Made by a program: the position numbers and the translations under genes. A DNA stretch of 64,000 bases from Amoebidium appalachense (lineage: Eukaryota; Protista; Ichthyosporea), in assembly GCA_963693365.1 (NCBI GenBank), contig CAVNZM010000009.1, positions 2,110,231 to 2,174,230 of the forward strand, in the 5' to 3' direction. Position 1 is the first letter of the stretch. Each line of letters opens with the position of its first letter. The notes beneath the pieces were generated by a model. That model did no database searches, was not told the DNA's origin, and saw only the letters and a program-made list of their open reading frames with translations. Below, piece by piece: positions 1 to 17,712 of this stretch.

Positions 1-2
1 TC

Positions 3-869
3 TTCAAATACGAGCCAAGCAAGCGTGAATATCGCCAACACTTGAAACTTGTCGCACCGGACGGCAAGGGGTTCGATTATTTCGGACAGGAGGTTAAAAT
101 TTCGTTCGACTGCAGTACGGTGGTGGTGGGGGCTTACGGCCGCGACGACGGGCCGGCAGATAATTCGGGTGCCGCATATGTCTTCAAGGCACACTCGGGT
201 GGTTGGAAATACACGTATGCTCAGACCCTGAGGGAGGATAAACCCACGCAGAATACTATGCTCGGGCAATCGCTTGCTGTAAATGGCGACGGTAGCAAGA
301 TTTTTGTTGGTGGCCAACACAGCGGTATGGTGTTGTATTGGGAGCAACACAGGACCAAGTATGTCTACAAGCAGACTATCTCGTCCAATTTGCAGGCACA
401 CGGATTTGGCCACAGTATTTCAACGAATTGGATCGGAGACGCCCTTGCTGTCGGCGTACCGGGAGATAACTATGTTGCGATTTACCGGGAAAATTCGAAC
501 GGGATTTACAAAATCGACGACAACGGCCGGGTCATTCTCCCCGAGGGTCACCGTTACGGCAAGGCCAAATTTGGGTTCTCTGTCTCCCTTAACAGCAACT
601 ATGGGGTTAAGGATACCGCTGGCGATTCTTCTTTCCTATTGGTTGGAGCTCCCGATCAGGTTGTTAGTAGCGTCGCCGGCGCCGGCACCGCGTATGTATA
701 CCAATATCAATCGTGGAATGGTGGGTGGGGATATACCGATCTATCGTTCCATGGCGGTGTTTCAAAACCGCATTTTGGACACGCCGTGGCTTTGGATAGT
801 TCGGGAAATGCGGCTGGAATTACGGACGGCAGGGGGAAGATCTCGATGTATTCATGGTCTCTGGAATAA
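3..869 (+). CDS. FG-GAP repeat (integrin-alpha-type) beta-propeller protein, 5'-truncated by the window edge
   Basis: Frame is open from position 3 to TAA at 867-869. Repeated blade motifs: YFGQEVKIS..VVVGA..GAAYVF, LGQSLAV..IFVGG, FGHSIS..LAVGVP, FGFSVSL..LLVGAP..GTAYVY, FGHAVAL. No intron and no C-terminal TM segment in view. Confidence 0.85.
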   Translation, partial: FKYEPSKREYRQHLKLVAPDGKGFDYFGQEVKISFDCSTVVVGAYGRDDGPADNSGAAYVFKAHSGGWKYTYAQTLREDKPTQNTMLGQSLAVNGDGSKIFVGGQHSGMVLYWEQHRTKYVYKQTISSNLQAHGFGHSISTNWIGDALAVGVPGDNYVAIYRENSNGIYKIDDNGRVILPEGHRYGKAKFGFSVSLNSNYGVKDTAGDSSFLLVGAPDQVVSSVAGAGTAYVYQYQSWNGGWGYTDLSFHGGVSKPHFGHAVALDSSGNAAGITDGRGKISMYSWSLE

Positions 870-1348
870 TAATTTTTCTTTTCTCTAGTCCTCTTTTTCT
901 GATTTTTTTCCCTTCTTTTTAGTCTTCCTTTTCTCTATTTTCTATGATTTTTTATCTTTTTCTAGTCTTCTTTTTCTCTGTTTTCTATTCATTATGGTTT
1001 ATCTTCCATAGGTTACTATATAGAGTAAGCCAGTTACTATTTTCACACTGAGAACAAACTATTAGCTATTGCCTGCGCATTTTCCAACCAATCATATGCT
1101 CAGGGTAATTGCCTTTTTTTGGTAGTGTGCAGGCGCCAATCACCACCTCCTGCCATGGCTTCCGGGTCTAGTGGTCGCATCTTCATGCCACCAGTACACA
1201 TTGCGGTGGAGCTATTTAAATTGGGGTCGTCTTTAATCTGACTTTATAACTTAAAATTGGTTTATGGGTTTGAACTGTATTGGTTACTCTTGGGTCTATG
1301 CGACTATGAAGTAATATGCACGAGGTTTTTTTTTTTCCTTTTTTTTTT

Positions 1349-1398
<50 letters not shown>

Positions 1399-1644
1399 GT
1401 TCACAGTATATGCTAAGACAAAATACTTGCAGTTAATTAGAAGTCAACACCGTTAATTTCTTCAGCAAAAAAGCCATAAGATGAAGACACATAGTGATTG
1501 AGATCGGGTACCAGTGTACATATGGAGTAAGGGCCGTCTCACGTTCTATTTGTTGAAGATAGATTTTGTCAGAAACTGAGAATCTGATACAAAAACGACG
1601 CCGCGCACAGGAAAGAAAGTTTATGCACTAATCAGCAACTCAAC

Positions 1645-1753
<109 letters not shown>

Positions 1754-2363
1754 ACCACCACCACCGGCACCACCAACCACATCCCTCCGCTCCCTTCCCC
1801 CTCGTGCTCTCTCTCTCTCTCCCCCCTCCCCCCCCCTCCCCCGCCTCCCGGCCCTCCATCCCTTTTTGGCACACCGAGGTGGGGTATACAGCCCCCTCCC
1901 CCCCCCCCCCCTCCCCCCTCCCTCCCTCCCTCCCCAGGGCCTTTTTTTGAAGGCCATCCCCCCCCCCACCCCCCACCCCACCCCACCCCCCCCTTCCCCT
2001 CCTGGATGTTTTTTTCGGAGGCGGATTCTGGTTGTTTCTCCTTCTCTTTTTTTTCGGGCGGGGAAAGACTCCAAGGGAAAATAGACTTGTGGGGAGAGGG
2101 GGTGGGGGGGGGGGGGGGGGGGGGGGGTGGGAGAGGGGGAGAAGAGGCCTGGGATATGTGGGTATGACTAATGGTCAGCATGGTGATGGGGTCATGTCAG
2201 AGGGAGAAAAACTCGTGCTGAAAAGGAAGAGATGTTTGGGCTGGGAGGTTTAGAGCTGCAGCGTGTGTGTGCGTTACGGTGTGTGTTTGTGGGTGGGTGG
2301 GTGGTGGGTGGTTGGGTGTGCACGTGTGTGTGTGGACGTGTGTGTGTGCATGTCCGTGCGCGC

Positions 2364-2451
<88 letters not shown>

Positions 2452-2768
2452 CGGGCGCGCACAAACCCACGTGTGTGAATATGTGTCTAACATGGTGCCA
2501 CGTTATAGTTTTCATAATAATATTTAGCTTTTATTTGGATCATCAGGTACTTACAACAAATGAATGAGGTGACGCAGCAAACTTTTCCCGGCGGCACCGG
2601 CCGTGGAGGGGGGGGGGAAGTTGGGCGCGGAGGGGGGGGAGGGGGTGTTACGGGAGGAGGGGGGATTGTCTTCGTGTATGTGTTTACATGTGTTGGGTTT
2701 CTTTGTGTCCACTTGTGCCTAATTGTGTGTGTGTGCGGTGATGGTGGTTGGGGGTGAGGGAGGAAGGG

Positions 2769-2801
<33 letters not shown>

Positions 2802-4673
2802 AGGCCGTGGTTGTGTTTGTGTTAGTATGCGTGAAGGGTGGTGGGTGGGTGGAAGGTGGGGAGAGGTGGGGGGGGGGGGGGGGAGGGGGGGGGGGGAGGG
2901 GGGGAAGGGGGGGGGGGGGGGGGGGGGGGGGGGCTGAGCCTACATTCGGATATTAGTTTATCTGAGTGGAAGCGTAGGGGCTCAATAGGGTTGGTTGGTT
3001 TGGGGGGGGAGGGGGGAGGGATCTGCCTCGTCTGCCAATAAGACCCCCCCGGCCCCCCGGAAATTTGGGTCGTAGGGCATGTTCTTAATTCATTCAGACA
3101 GTTGCGCATGCTGTCGTGCTCTTGATGGCCTCTACAAAGAAGAGGGGAGGAGGGGGGGGGGGGGGGGGGGGATGGGAGGGGGGAGGCTAGCTGGACCCAG
3201 GGGGCTGGGGAGGGGGAGCTTGGCACCGGGGGCAGGGGGGAGAGGGGAGGGGGGGGGCCAGTGGTGAGGGGAGGGGAGGGGGGTCACGGAAAGGGTGGGC
3301 AGGCGGGCGATCGGCGGGGAAGGGGGTGGAGGGGGAGGGGGGGGGGGGGGAGATGAACAGCATGATTTAGAGAGTTTTCGGTCTGGTCTGCCAACAAGAA
3401 AATCCCAAAATCTGGTCGTGGTGTATGTTAAAAAAAAAAAAAGAAAAAAAGAAAAAAACCGACCTGGGCTGCTGCAGCACGTTATTATTCGTTGGGATTT
3501 GTAATGACGGACGGCAAATGTGTGTGTGTTTGTGGTGTGGTGGTGGTGGTGGTGGCGGCGGGGGGTGGGGGGCTCATAGCCGAGGCCAATGGACAAAGTA
3601 TTTTATAGGAGTCTGGAGAATGATATTATAGAGTCTCATACCGTTTATAAATCTGTAAGCAGGCTTCAACACTTCAGAGGTCCTTTTTGTTGCGAAATAT
3701 GCCGCGGCATTTAACATTATTGACCAGCAATTGTCCGTCCCCGGGGCTCTGGTTCGCCAAGAAGAAAACCAAGCTGTTATGAAGGCTTCATGCTGAAAAA
3801 TAGCCTTATAATTGACTCAACACTCATTAAAAATGCAGCATAGAATAGCATAGGAACATTACGCTGGGCCATCAACTATTACGACAAAGTTTGGAGCACG
3901 CAGGCCTAAAACATGGACTGGTGCACTTTGAATGCAGTTAGTTAAAATTGTTGTTCCAGCTGCGTTGTCCTGATAGTATCATGATAACGATGAATATTGC
4001 GGGCGGGATGTGAAAATTCATCAGGGTTTTATCAAAGACCGGAAACCGTTCGTTGTTGATTGCCTATGACTATGTTGGTGACAGACATTAGTAACTGAGT
4101 TGGAGCAGAGAAGGATTGAGCTCGGCAAGCAAAAAATCCATGCGCATGCAACCACAAGTGTATAGGATCGGAAAGTTTTTTTTGGCACGTGTACATGTGT
4201 TTCGGGGATAGGAAGAAGGGTGGGGTAGGAGTGGGGGTGGGGGGTGGAGGAGGGGGGGGGGGGGGGGGGGGGAAGGGGGGATCACACCAACTATCAGACG
4301 CACGCACGGCTGAACCTTGTAAGTACACGCACAACTTCTTAGCGGCTGCTAAGGCTATTACTAGGCTACTATTTGGGCAGTCTATGGTTCAGAAACAGCA
4401 GTTACTAGTGCTGTGTTGGGCAGTATGGGCTGAAGCGTTGTATTACAAGCGGTATGAGTTTCCCAGGGATATCGATTTAGGAGGTCCGCCCCTACGCCCG
4501 CACTTCCACAATACCAACACAGCTGAGATGATGGTGCGAAAAATTGGTCTGTGTCTGAGTGAGTGAGTGAGTGAGTGAGTGAGTGAGTGAGTGAGTGAGT
4601 GTGTGTGTGTGTGTGTGTTTGTGTGTGTACATGTGTCACACTTATGATGCGTGTGCGCTCGAGCGCGTGTGCG

Positions 4674-4713
<40 letters not shown>

Positions 4714-4727
4714 TGTGTGTGTGTGAC

Positions 4728-4780
<53 letters not shown>

Positions 4781-4962
4781 CGCGACACTGTGTGTGTCTG
4801 TCTGTGTGTGTGTGCGTGTTGTGTGTGTGCACTTGCTATGTGTGTGCGTGGCACTGTGGATACGTAGGGGGGGGAAGGGGGGCCGTCAGGCTCGGCTTTC
4901 TTCCGCACCGGGGGCACTGGGTTGGCTAGGCTTCGTGTGTGTGTACATGTGTGCGTGCGTGC

Positions 4963-5003
<41 letters not shown>

Positions 5004-5036
5004 CGTGTGCCTGTGCATGCGTGTGTGTGTGCTTGT

Positions 5037-5118
<82 letters not shown>

Positions 5119-5270
5119 GGCGGGAGCTGAAAGTTGAAGGTGGGTGAGAAAACGGACGAGGGGAGATGTATGTGTATGCTTCCTGGATTCGTTCTCTGCC
5201 TTTTGGGAACTGGAGGTGTGTGTGCATGTATTACTGGAAGATCAGGCATGCGGGGTGGGGGTTTGGGAGT

Positions 5271-5309
<39 letters not shown>

Positions 5310-5532
5310 TGTGTGTCTGTGTCTGTGTGTCGGGTGTGTGTGTGTGTCACGTGTGTGTGTGTGTGTGCATGGTCAATGCGCGTGTGCGTGCGTGTGTGTG
5401 GCACTGTGTGTGTTTGTGTGTGCACATGTGTGTGTGTGCGTGTGTGTGTTTGTGTGTTGTGTGTCTTCCATGTGCGCGCGTGTAATGCGGTTTACTATGT
5501 GTGTGTGTGTGTGCAGTGTGTATGTGTGTGTG

Positions 5533-5570
<38 letters not shown>

Positions 5571-5586
5571 TGTGTGTATCCTTATA

Positions 5587-5654
<68 letters not shown>

Positions 5655-5669
5655 TGTGTGCGTGTGTGC

Positions 5670-5704
<35 letters not shown>

Positions 5705-7290
5705 GTGTGTGTGTGCGCGCGCGCGCGTGTGCGCATGTGTCTGTCCCCGTGTGCACTTGCTTGGTGTGCGTGTTGTGCACGTGAGTGGGGGAGGGGGGAA
5801 AGGGGGAGGGATGGAGGGATGGGGAGGAGGAGAAGGGTTGGCGTGGGACGGCCGGGGCCCGTGGGGGTAACGTTGCTATCTAATGCCATTAAATTTGATC
5901 AAAGCTGGCTTGGGCCGGGTCCGCCCGGCTTTCGCCGTACGGGGCTTACCTGTTATTTATTTATTTGTGTGTGGTAGGTAGTTGGAATAAAAAAGATGCA
6001 GGTGTATATGCTCTGGGTACAGCTGTGGCCAATGCCCGCTGGGGCCTCCCCCTGTGCAGCCTGCGGAGACACTTTAGAAAAAAAGAAAAAAACTTTGCGG
6101 TTGCACTTTTTTCCGCCGCATTGATCGATCATGAAAGGATCAGCATGGTGCGCACTGCCGCTGCGCAGAAGGTGCTAGATTTGGCTCGATTCTTATTGGT
6201 GCACTCTTCGCGCCAACTTGCCAAGGCAAATAGTGAAACCAATCAAAAGTGGCTAAGGGTTTACGAAAAAAGCGGCTAAAAATCCGCTAAAAGCCGGTGC
6301 GCCGGCGGAGGGCTGCCTGGACCAAGGGCAGACCCCCAATGTGCAGTGGCTCAAGAATTTTGACGCTTACTAGTATACCTATATTACAACAAAGCGCTAG
6401 CTATTGATGAACTCGTATAAGACTTTAAAGGGAAAAGATGTATAGAGTCTGGTGGCTGGCAGCCATCTCCAAAGTTGACAAAGTTACGTAAGCCTCACCT
6501 CACAGGCTCACACTAAATAGCCCTATCATATGGGAGGTCTCCGTAGGTTTGGGATTCTTTGATTACATACTTTTTAAGATCGCAAAACAAACTGAAGTGA
6601 TCAATCGTGTTAGAAATCGAGTGGCGTGCGAGAGTATGTTATTCTGAGCTTTATGTACCGTACCGTAGGCTTCCAAATTATTTGGATATTATAGGCGTCT
6701 GTCAAATAAATTTCTTAATTTTATTCCATGATATAGAAGTATATATAGGCCACATATGTGTCTAAATATTGCACACGGCCCCGATTCGGATACCGCGGCC
6801 GGTATGTATCATGTGTTATGGCATTGCTACTAACGTAGGGCTACCTTTCCGTAAAACGGTTTTTTGCAGTTTCCTTATATGGGCAATCCGATCGAACCGG
6901 ATTCGATCTGGACCAATCATAAATATCCGTGGACAAAGTTTTCCTCTACTACACGTAGGGCTACCTTTCCCGTAACAACTTGAATATGTATAACCAAAAG
7001 TGAGTACGCGGTGGCCCTTTTTCCGATTCTCCAACTTGTAAATAAAATAATCCGAGAGTAACAAATTATTGTACCTTCTCACTCCGATACCTGTGATATC
7101 TCGATTGCTTCTATTTTGCATAGAGCCGCATCACTAAACTTTACAAAGCATTATAACTTGCATATCTTTCCGTTGAATAAATCCAGTCAAAAGAAAAAAA
7201 AAAACTAAGTTAGCACTATGCATAAAACCCAGGCTATGGGAGTTTAGGAGGAGGTCAAAGCTGTAACTGTTATCAATAGTGTCAAGCTCC

Positions 7291-7372
7291 GCCAATCAAA
7301 TGTCTGAAGTCATCTAAACGATCTTGACGTCATGTGCTTGAAGCCAATCAAAAGTTCCCGTGCTTTCCAATC
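7291..7372 (+). promoter_or_regulatory. Three CCAAT boxes plus a CRE palindrome upstream of the zinc-finger gene
   Basis: GCCAATCA at 7291, TGACGTCA at 7325-7332, AGCCAATCA at about 7342 and TCCAATCA at about 7366; about 750 bp upstream of the ATG at 8107. Confidence 0.4.
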
Positions 7373-8106
7373 AACCTCGTACGTTAGAAAGCTTACATAT
7401 GTCCGTCATTCGAAGAAATCAATATACACTTATTTGTAAAGTGGTGAAAACGTGTAGAAAAATGAAAATAAATACATAAACAAATATAAAGTGCTTCTTC
7501 ATCCAATATATTAGGATTAAACAGCAATGTCGACATACCAGCCCAATTTAGGCCTGCCATATATGGTAAGTTCGCGACATTTTTGGGGGGAATCCCCCAG
7601 GAATTCCGGTGCCTCGTTCTTCAGTCATTTCACTCCGACTAAAAGGGTATCAGTAGTTCAGTTTACATCATCTGCGTTCGCCATCCACACTCAAACTTCT
7701 GAAGAAACAGACACTTAATACTAATAGTAGACAAACCGAGCAACTATCTACATAACACATAGTAAAAACCTTGTTTTGCTATAGTTGACTTTCCAGTGTG
7801 AAGCACTAGCCTAATAATAGTTTACAAGTTTATCTTGACTCGTTCCTACAAAGCTTTCCTTGTTCAGCCTACCCTAGTGAGGCTGTTGTTTGCTGTTAGG
7901 CAGTCCAGACCTTCGCTTTTTCGGCTTACACCATCAAATCATACTCGCATGAAACGAAAGAGTTTGAAAGGCTAGAACTCTTATTCGCACCCATTCGTCA
8001 GCTCGGTTGCAGGACTGAAGCTTGGTGTCATTAACATCTCCTACCTTCAGATTGCGCTTATGAATCACACTGCCTCTAGCTCTCTTGGCAGCACAGAATC
8101 CAAAGC

Positions 8107-8919
8107 ATGGAAATCCATTTCCCGTTAGGAATGAACTCTGATTCTAAGTCGTGGTACACCCATCTTGGCCAAGGGGGCTGCCCACCTCCACACACATCTC
8201 CACATGCAGACCATGTTGACGATTTCTTGGACCCAAACGTAGTGGAGGATGTCTTAAAACAAGCAGAAAGCATTGACTGGGCTTCACTCTCTGATTTTCT
8301 CCCTGTGGACTTGACCTCACTGCAGAACTTCGAAGCTAGCGACTTGGCCTTTATCCCCACAACCCCACCGGTGCCACGCTTTGAGAGGCACACAACAACC
8401 TACGGCTCTACGTTGCCTGTACCTGAAGTACCTCTTGACCCCTTCTCGACAATCGATGGACCCAAGTGGTCTCCTGACCAGATCCTCGCCAACAACTGCA
8501 ATGCCCCAAATACACTGCGACGACACAGCTCACTTGACTCGCTTGATTCTGAACGCTCATCTGACCCACGTTCATTCGCCAACGCTACGGGTGATGATTC
8601 GGCAAGTGATGGGGCTGGGAAGATGACCACCAGCTCTCAGTGCACTAATAGTCCTGGTAGGGATGGGCATGGAGGCAAACGCACACGGTCAATACCCGAC
8701 ATCACGAAGAAGCCAAGGAGGAGGAGAGATGACCTCGTGCGCACGTACTTCTGCTTCATGCCTGGGTGTGACCGGAGCTATTGTGAATGGCGCAGCCTTC
8801 AGTACCACCTGTCCTTCAATCACGAGTTGAAGATCAACAAGACACATTACCAGATGTTGTGCCCAAAAGGCCGGCTCGAGAATGGCAGCAGGACAAATGC
8901 TTTTGGTGGTGCAAAGTGA
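8107..8919 (+). CDS. Intronless single C2H2 zinc-finger protein, putative transcription factor (270 aa)
   Basis: Non-repetitive ORF. YFCFMPGCDRSYCEWRSLQYHLSFNH fits C-x4-C-x12-H-x4-H and is preceded by basic KKPRRRRDDL. N-terminus is acidic and Ser/Pro-rich. Confidence 0.85.
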   Translation: MEIHFPLGMNSDSKSWYTHLGQGGCPPPHTSPHADHVDDFLDPNVVEDVLKQAESIDWASLSDFLPVDLTSLQNFEASDLAFIPTTPPVPRFERHTTTYGSTLPVPEVPLDPFSTIDGPKWSPDQILANNCNAPNTLRRHSSLDSLDSERSSDPRSFANATGDDSASDGAGKMTTSSQCTNSPGRDGHGGKRTRSIPDITKKPRRRRDDLVRTYFCFMPGCDRSYCEWRSLQYHLSFNHELKINKTHYQMLCPKGRLENGSRTNAFGGAK

Positions 8920-10250
8920 AGCTTGGTGCCGGTGTAGTGAACAGTGGAGGAGTTGTATGGAAGAAGATCTGCCCTGTCAGTTTCCAAGGTGCCTTTCACC
9001 TTCTCTGAAGGCTCTCGTGCTAGTTGGTTTGATTATGCAATTTCTTATCAAGTTTTTCCTGCTGTGGTTATTCTTTTCCTTTCGTTCAACATGTCATGTG
9101 CCGTGCGCGGAGGAAGCTTTTTTCTATTGTACCTTCTAAGCCATGTAGTGTACGTGCTTGATTATGGTCTTCAGACTGCTGGAAAGTCTGTTTGTTATGT
9201 GCTTGATCATAATTCAAGCAGTTTCCGTTTTTACCTGCTGAGAGTACTTAGCTTTTTCCTCTGTTGAAATTCCAGAGAGAAAAAAACCAGCCCTTCCATC
9301 ATTATTGTGTATAATTAGGTCAGTGAAGGGAGTTAATGGTATTGTCAGCGGGTCTGGCATGTTCGGATGCATATGTTCGACTGATATGGCCACCTGGACT
9401 AGCCAAAAATGAAAATCAAAAAGAAATGACGCAAAAACTGTTATAATTAGTTATAATTATTCCGAGGAATCATCCCCGGGTGTCCACCCCAAGCACATAC
9501 AAAAACACAATCACTGGTACATGCTTGCTCTCTCAGTGTTCACACGTAAGCACAAAAACGTGACACCGCATGATGTCCCAATGATCACAAATTCACACAT
9601 ACAACACACACGCACACACGCACTGAACACACACAACAATACATGGTATACACCGTGACACACCCTCGGAGAGGGGGACACATTCATGCACACCACATGT
9701 GCACGAACACACAAAAACGACCAGCTGGCTTACACACAAACACACATGCGCACACGCACATGGGCACACGCACACGCGCACACACACACAAATATACACC
9801 AAACACACACAAACACATGCACGCACACGCACACACACCAAAAACACACACATACACGCGACACACGTATAGAGAAGAACAGTCGCACACACCACATGTG
9901 CACAACACAACACGCACAAAAACGACCACCTGACTTACACACATCACACACGCGTGCACCCATGTGCACATGTGCACACACATGCGCACACAGTCACACG
10001 TGACACACACGCACATACACATAAACAGTCACACACACACACACACAAACCGTGACATATCCTTAACATCCGCCCGACACATTCACACACGCACACACAC
10101 ACACAAACAAACAAATACACACACACAAACAGGCACACAACCCGCTACACCGTGACACACACACACGTGCCCAAAAGCACACACACGACAAACACAGGCA
10201 CATGCACCATAGCACATGCTATCACATGCGCACACACACACACACACACG

Positions 10251-10319
<69 letters not shown>

Positions 10320-11205
10320 AACACACACATTACACAGACAAACAGTCACACACACACACACACATACACACATGCACAAGCAAGTTCAAAACTTCTATTG
10401 AATTTACTCTGCTTTAGCACCGCTCAGCTTCAACCACGAGCACGACTGAACACACCTACATTATAGCCACTGCATCACTTGAGGTGTTTGAAACATTCGT
10501 CCTCCTGATTCTGATTACCCCTTGCCAGGCACTGTGCATTTCAAGCATGGGGTTATCTTTTTTGCGTTGATGCACATGCACCACTAATGACCAAATATGT
10601 GCAACGTTCGTGTGCACAGAAGATACCCCACCCCTCCCCCCCCCCCTCCCCCCCTGCCCCCCTCCTCCCCCCCCCCCCTCCCTTCCGAGCATCCGAAGGT
10701 GCGAGCCTCTCAAAAAACCAATACGGGCCCTAACCGCCCCATTACCCTCCTCCCCCCTCCGCATCCCCGCCTTCCCCCTTCCCCCCATAATTTTCAGCTG
10801 TCCAAATCCCCCCTTCCCCCCCGAGGCTCCCCCTCCTCCCCCTCACACTTCCCTCCCACCCCCCTCCTCTCCCCCCCCACCTCCCTCGGCCCCCCCTCCC
10901 CCTTCTTCCCTCACCCATCCACCCACCCGCCCACCCACCCATCCAACCCTACTTTCCCCTAGGAGCTCTGCTTAGGACAGTTTTTTTTTTTTTTTTTTTT
11001 TTTTCCCACCCCAAAGTTTTGCAAGTCACACGGGATTACGTAATCGTCAGATCTCACGGCTCACACAAATTTACCAGTTCAAAGTGCTGTGTTACTCGGT
11101 CACACCCACACTCACGGTGACTTTGCTGATAACTTTTTGACATTTCAAGTGGATGGTGGCGTGACATTTGACAGGAAACTATACGTGATAGCAGAGGGAA
11201 TAAGA

Positions 11206-14526
<3,321 letters not shown>

Positions 14527-14939
14527 ATTTCATCAGGATCGAATTTATGTTGTGGTTTTTGGGTATTGGGAAAGAGTGTGAGTGGTAGGAATGTCATGTT
14601 TTGTGGATTTGAATGTCTCTAATCACGTGTAGCGCTCTTAGACTTTATTGTTAAATTAAGTGTGGAACCTGCTGATCTTTTTAGTATCACCTGTACATTT
14701 TTCCGAATGTCGCCGTCAATTCACCTTGTGTGGTGAATAATGCATTTGGTTCTCACTTATATACTTGTAGACTTGTATATTAAACATTGATCTTTGGTCT
14801 ACTGCACAACCTCTTCATTTCTCCCCACCATTATTAACAATAGGTGTTTCCCTAAATGTATTACTGTAGTAATACATTTGTACTAGTTAAGTAATAGGAA
14901 CTGACAAAAACTTTTTTTTTTTTTTTTTTGCCTTTTAAA

Positions 14940-14981
<42 letters not shown>

Positions 14982-15138
14982 TGCTGAATGGGCAACGTTC
15001 AGATTGTCCCGGTATTGGCTGTAAGGCACTTCGTTTTTTAAAATGGGCATAGAGACTATGTCTGTGTCACAGTGTGTGCGTGCGCAGGCGTGCTGTGTGA
15101 TGCGTGCTTGAGTGCTTGGTGTGTGCCAACTCCCCCCA

Positions 15139-15173
<35 letters not shown>

Positions 15174-16030
15174 TTCCCTCTCCCTCCCCACCCCCCACCT
15201 CCCTATGTGCGCACGCGCGAGCTCGCCCACCCTCACGCACGCACGCACACACACACACCCGTGTGCGCGCGCACACACACAGTGTGACACAAGAACGTCC
15301 ACATTCCAACCAAGTCCCCCCCCCCCCCCCCCCCCCCGATCCCTCCGCAGTCCCACAAACAAATACTTTAAGTCACCAAAAGTGAAACAGAGCCCTCTTA
15401 CCCTTTCTTCATGAGGAATGAACCCTCTTCCTAAACATCCGTTACTGTATTGGTTGTCCAGATATACTGGGTCGCTCAAGACAGACAAAACTTAATGTAG
15501 ATCTACACTTGCCATGTGTGTGATCTCTATCGGGGGCGGGTTGCCCAGTATGCTATTCATGAGCAACGACATTTTGAGATAGGTACGTACAACGGAAGCC
15601 CTAGGTATAGCGAGATCCAAGTCGCTCTACATCATGACCGCAAATCCAAAAAATAAGTTTTTGTCAATAGATGATCATATGCAGCTGGGTCCGGATTGGG
15701 CATGCATCATTCGAATTCTAGAACCTGCAATAATATTTAGCGGGAACGATGCAGCAGTATTATGCAATTGAGGCTTGCACGGTCAGCCTGCACACACACG
15801 TACTGTATACCTTGGCTTTTAACGTGTTTTATTTTTTATTTTATTTTATTTTTTTTTGGGGGGGGGGGGGGGGAGGGGAGGGGGGGGAAGGGGGGAGGGG
15901 GGGGGGGGGGGGGGGGGGCAAGGACACTGATAGATGTTGAGGCGAATTGCAGGCAATGGAGAGACGACAGGAAAGACTCTGAGAAGGGAGTAAGGAAAAG
16001 GGGCAGGTTTGGGGGGGGGGAGGGAGGGAG

Positions 16031-16079
<49 letters not shown>

Positions 16080-16235
16080 TAGGGGGGTCTGTTTTATCAA
16101 GCCCTTGTACATGTACGGAGAAGCAAGAGCCTCCTGCTGCAAGACGATGAACATGCATTGTTGAGGATAGCTCTTCCCCTCCCCTTACAACCTTCCCCCC
16201 CTCCCCGGATCTTCCTTCTCCCCCCCCCCCCCCCC

Positions 16236-16285
<50 letters not shown>

Positions 16286-16809
16286 TCTCCCCCTCCCCTC
16301 CCCTCCCCCCCCAAAAAAGAAAAATCCCTGGCTTTCCGGCCACCAAATAAAGTCCCTCCACAAGTGCCGGCCCATACCCCCTCCTTCCCGCCTCCCCCTC
16401 CCCCCCCCCTCCCCCCCCGGTGCCCCACCCCTTTTCTTCCCCGCTCCTGTGCGTGTGAACGAATACGGCCTCTAATGACTTTGACGTAACACAAAACACG
16501 TGCACAAGTAGTGCATGTACACATAGAATCAACAAATCGACATGTACACATAGAATCAATCAATCAATTTCTAGGCTTAAAATGCACTGTTTTGCATGAC
16601 CCAATGGCACGTGCAGAAATGCATGAAGAAGGAATGGTGTGTGCATTCCATTGAGGTATTGGGGGCGATTCACATCGAAAAATTTTCCCGTTGAAACTGG
16701 GTGGGGCACGTGGTCACAATCCAACAGCATCAGCCAACAGCTACAGGGTGAGGGATTTCTGGTGTGCGTCTATGTTGTGTGTGTGCGTGTGCGCGTGCGT
16801 GTGTGCTCC

Positions 16810-16847
<38 letters not shown>

Positions 16848-16904
16848 TGTGTGTGTGTGCGCGCGAGCGCGCATGCGCACGTGTGCGTGTGTGTGTGTGT
16901 GTGT

Positions 16905-16950
<46 letters not shown>

Positions 16951-17119
16951 TGTAGAGGGGAAATAGAAGGGAAACAGATGACAGAGAGTGATAAATAATA
17001 ATAATCGGGCTGGTTGACCATATATTTATAGATTATACCGTGTACAAGCAGTGTAATAAGAACCAGTGAGCTTACAAGGGTGCTCTGCCAACGTTAGTCT
17101 GTCTCTCTCTCTCTCCCTG

Positions 17120-17154
<35 letters not shown>

Positions 17155-17497
17155 CACACTAATATAGGCACGCACACACGCACGTGCATGCGCGCGCACA
17201 CACACACAGACATACACACACGCGCGCGCGTGTGCGCGCGCGCACACACACACACACACGCACACGCACACCACTGACTAATGTTCCCACACACCATTGC
17301 AATTGATATTCCCACATACAGGACCATCGACCGGCACATTTGATATGTGCTGACGAATTTACATGCTCCCCCCTTACCCCCCCCCCCCCTCCCCCTCTCG
17401 CGCCCGCTTCCCCCCAGCCCTGAACCTTCCCCCTTAAGTCCTGGGGCCTTTTTCTGGGGTGGTGTGGGAGGTGCGTGTTACAGAGAGGGAGGGGGGG

Positions 17498-17573
<76 letters not shown>

Positions 17574-17680
17574 TGTGTGTGTGTGTGGTGTGTGTGGGCT
17601 AGGGGGAAGGGGGGGGAGGAGGGGAGCAAGGGCAGCCCTGCGGCCAGGGGGGCGGGGTTCGGGACAGGGGGGGACTCCGG

Positions 17681-17712
<32 letters not shown>

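Noticed and set aside
283-888. 201-aa alternative-frame ORF
   Set aside because: Shadow of the FG-GAP gene, with no motif of its own.
6025-6357. Possible degenerate terminal inverted repeats around the 104-aa ORF 5965-6279
   Set aside because: Similarity between the ends is weak, there is no TSD, and the ORF has no transposase features.
6833-6975. ACGTAGGGCTACCTTTCC(C)GTAA direct repeat, two copies 120 bp apart
   Set aside because: Only two copies; not a CRISPR array or LTR pair.
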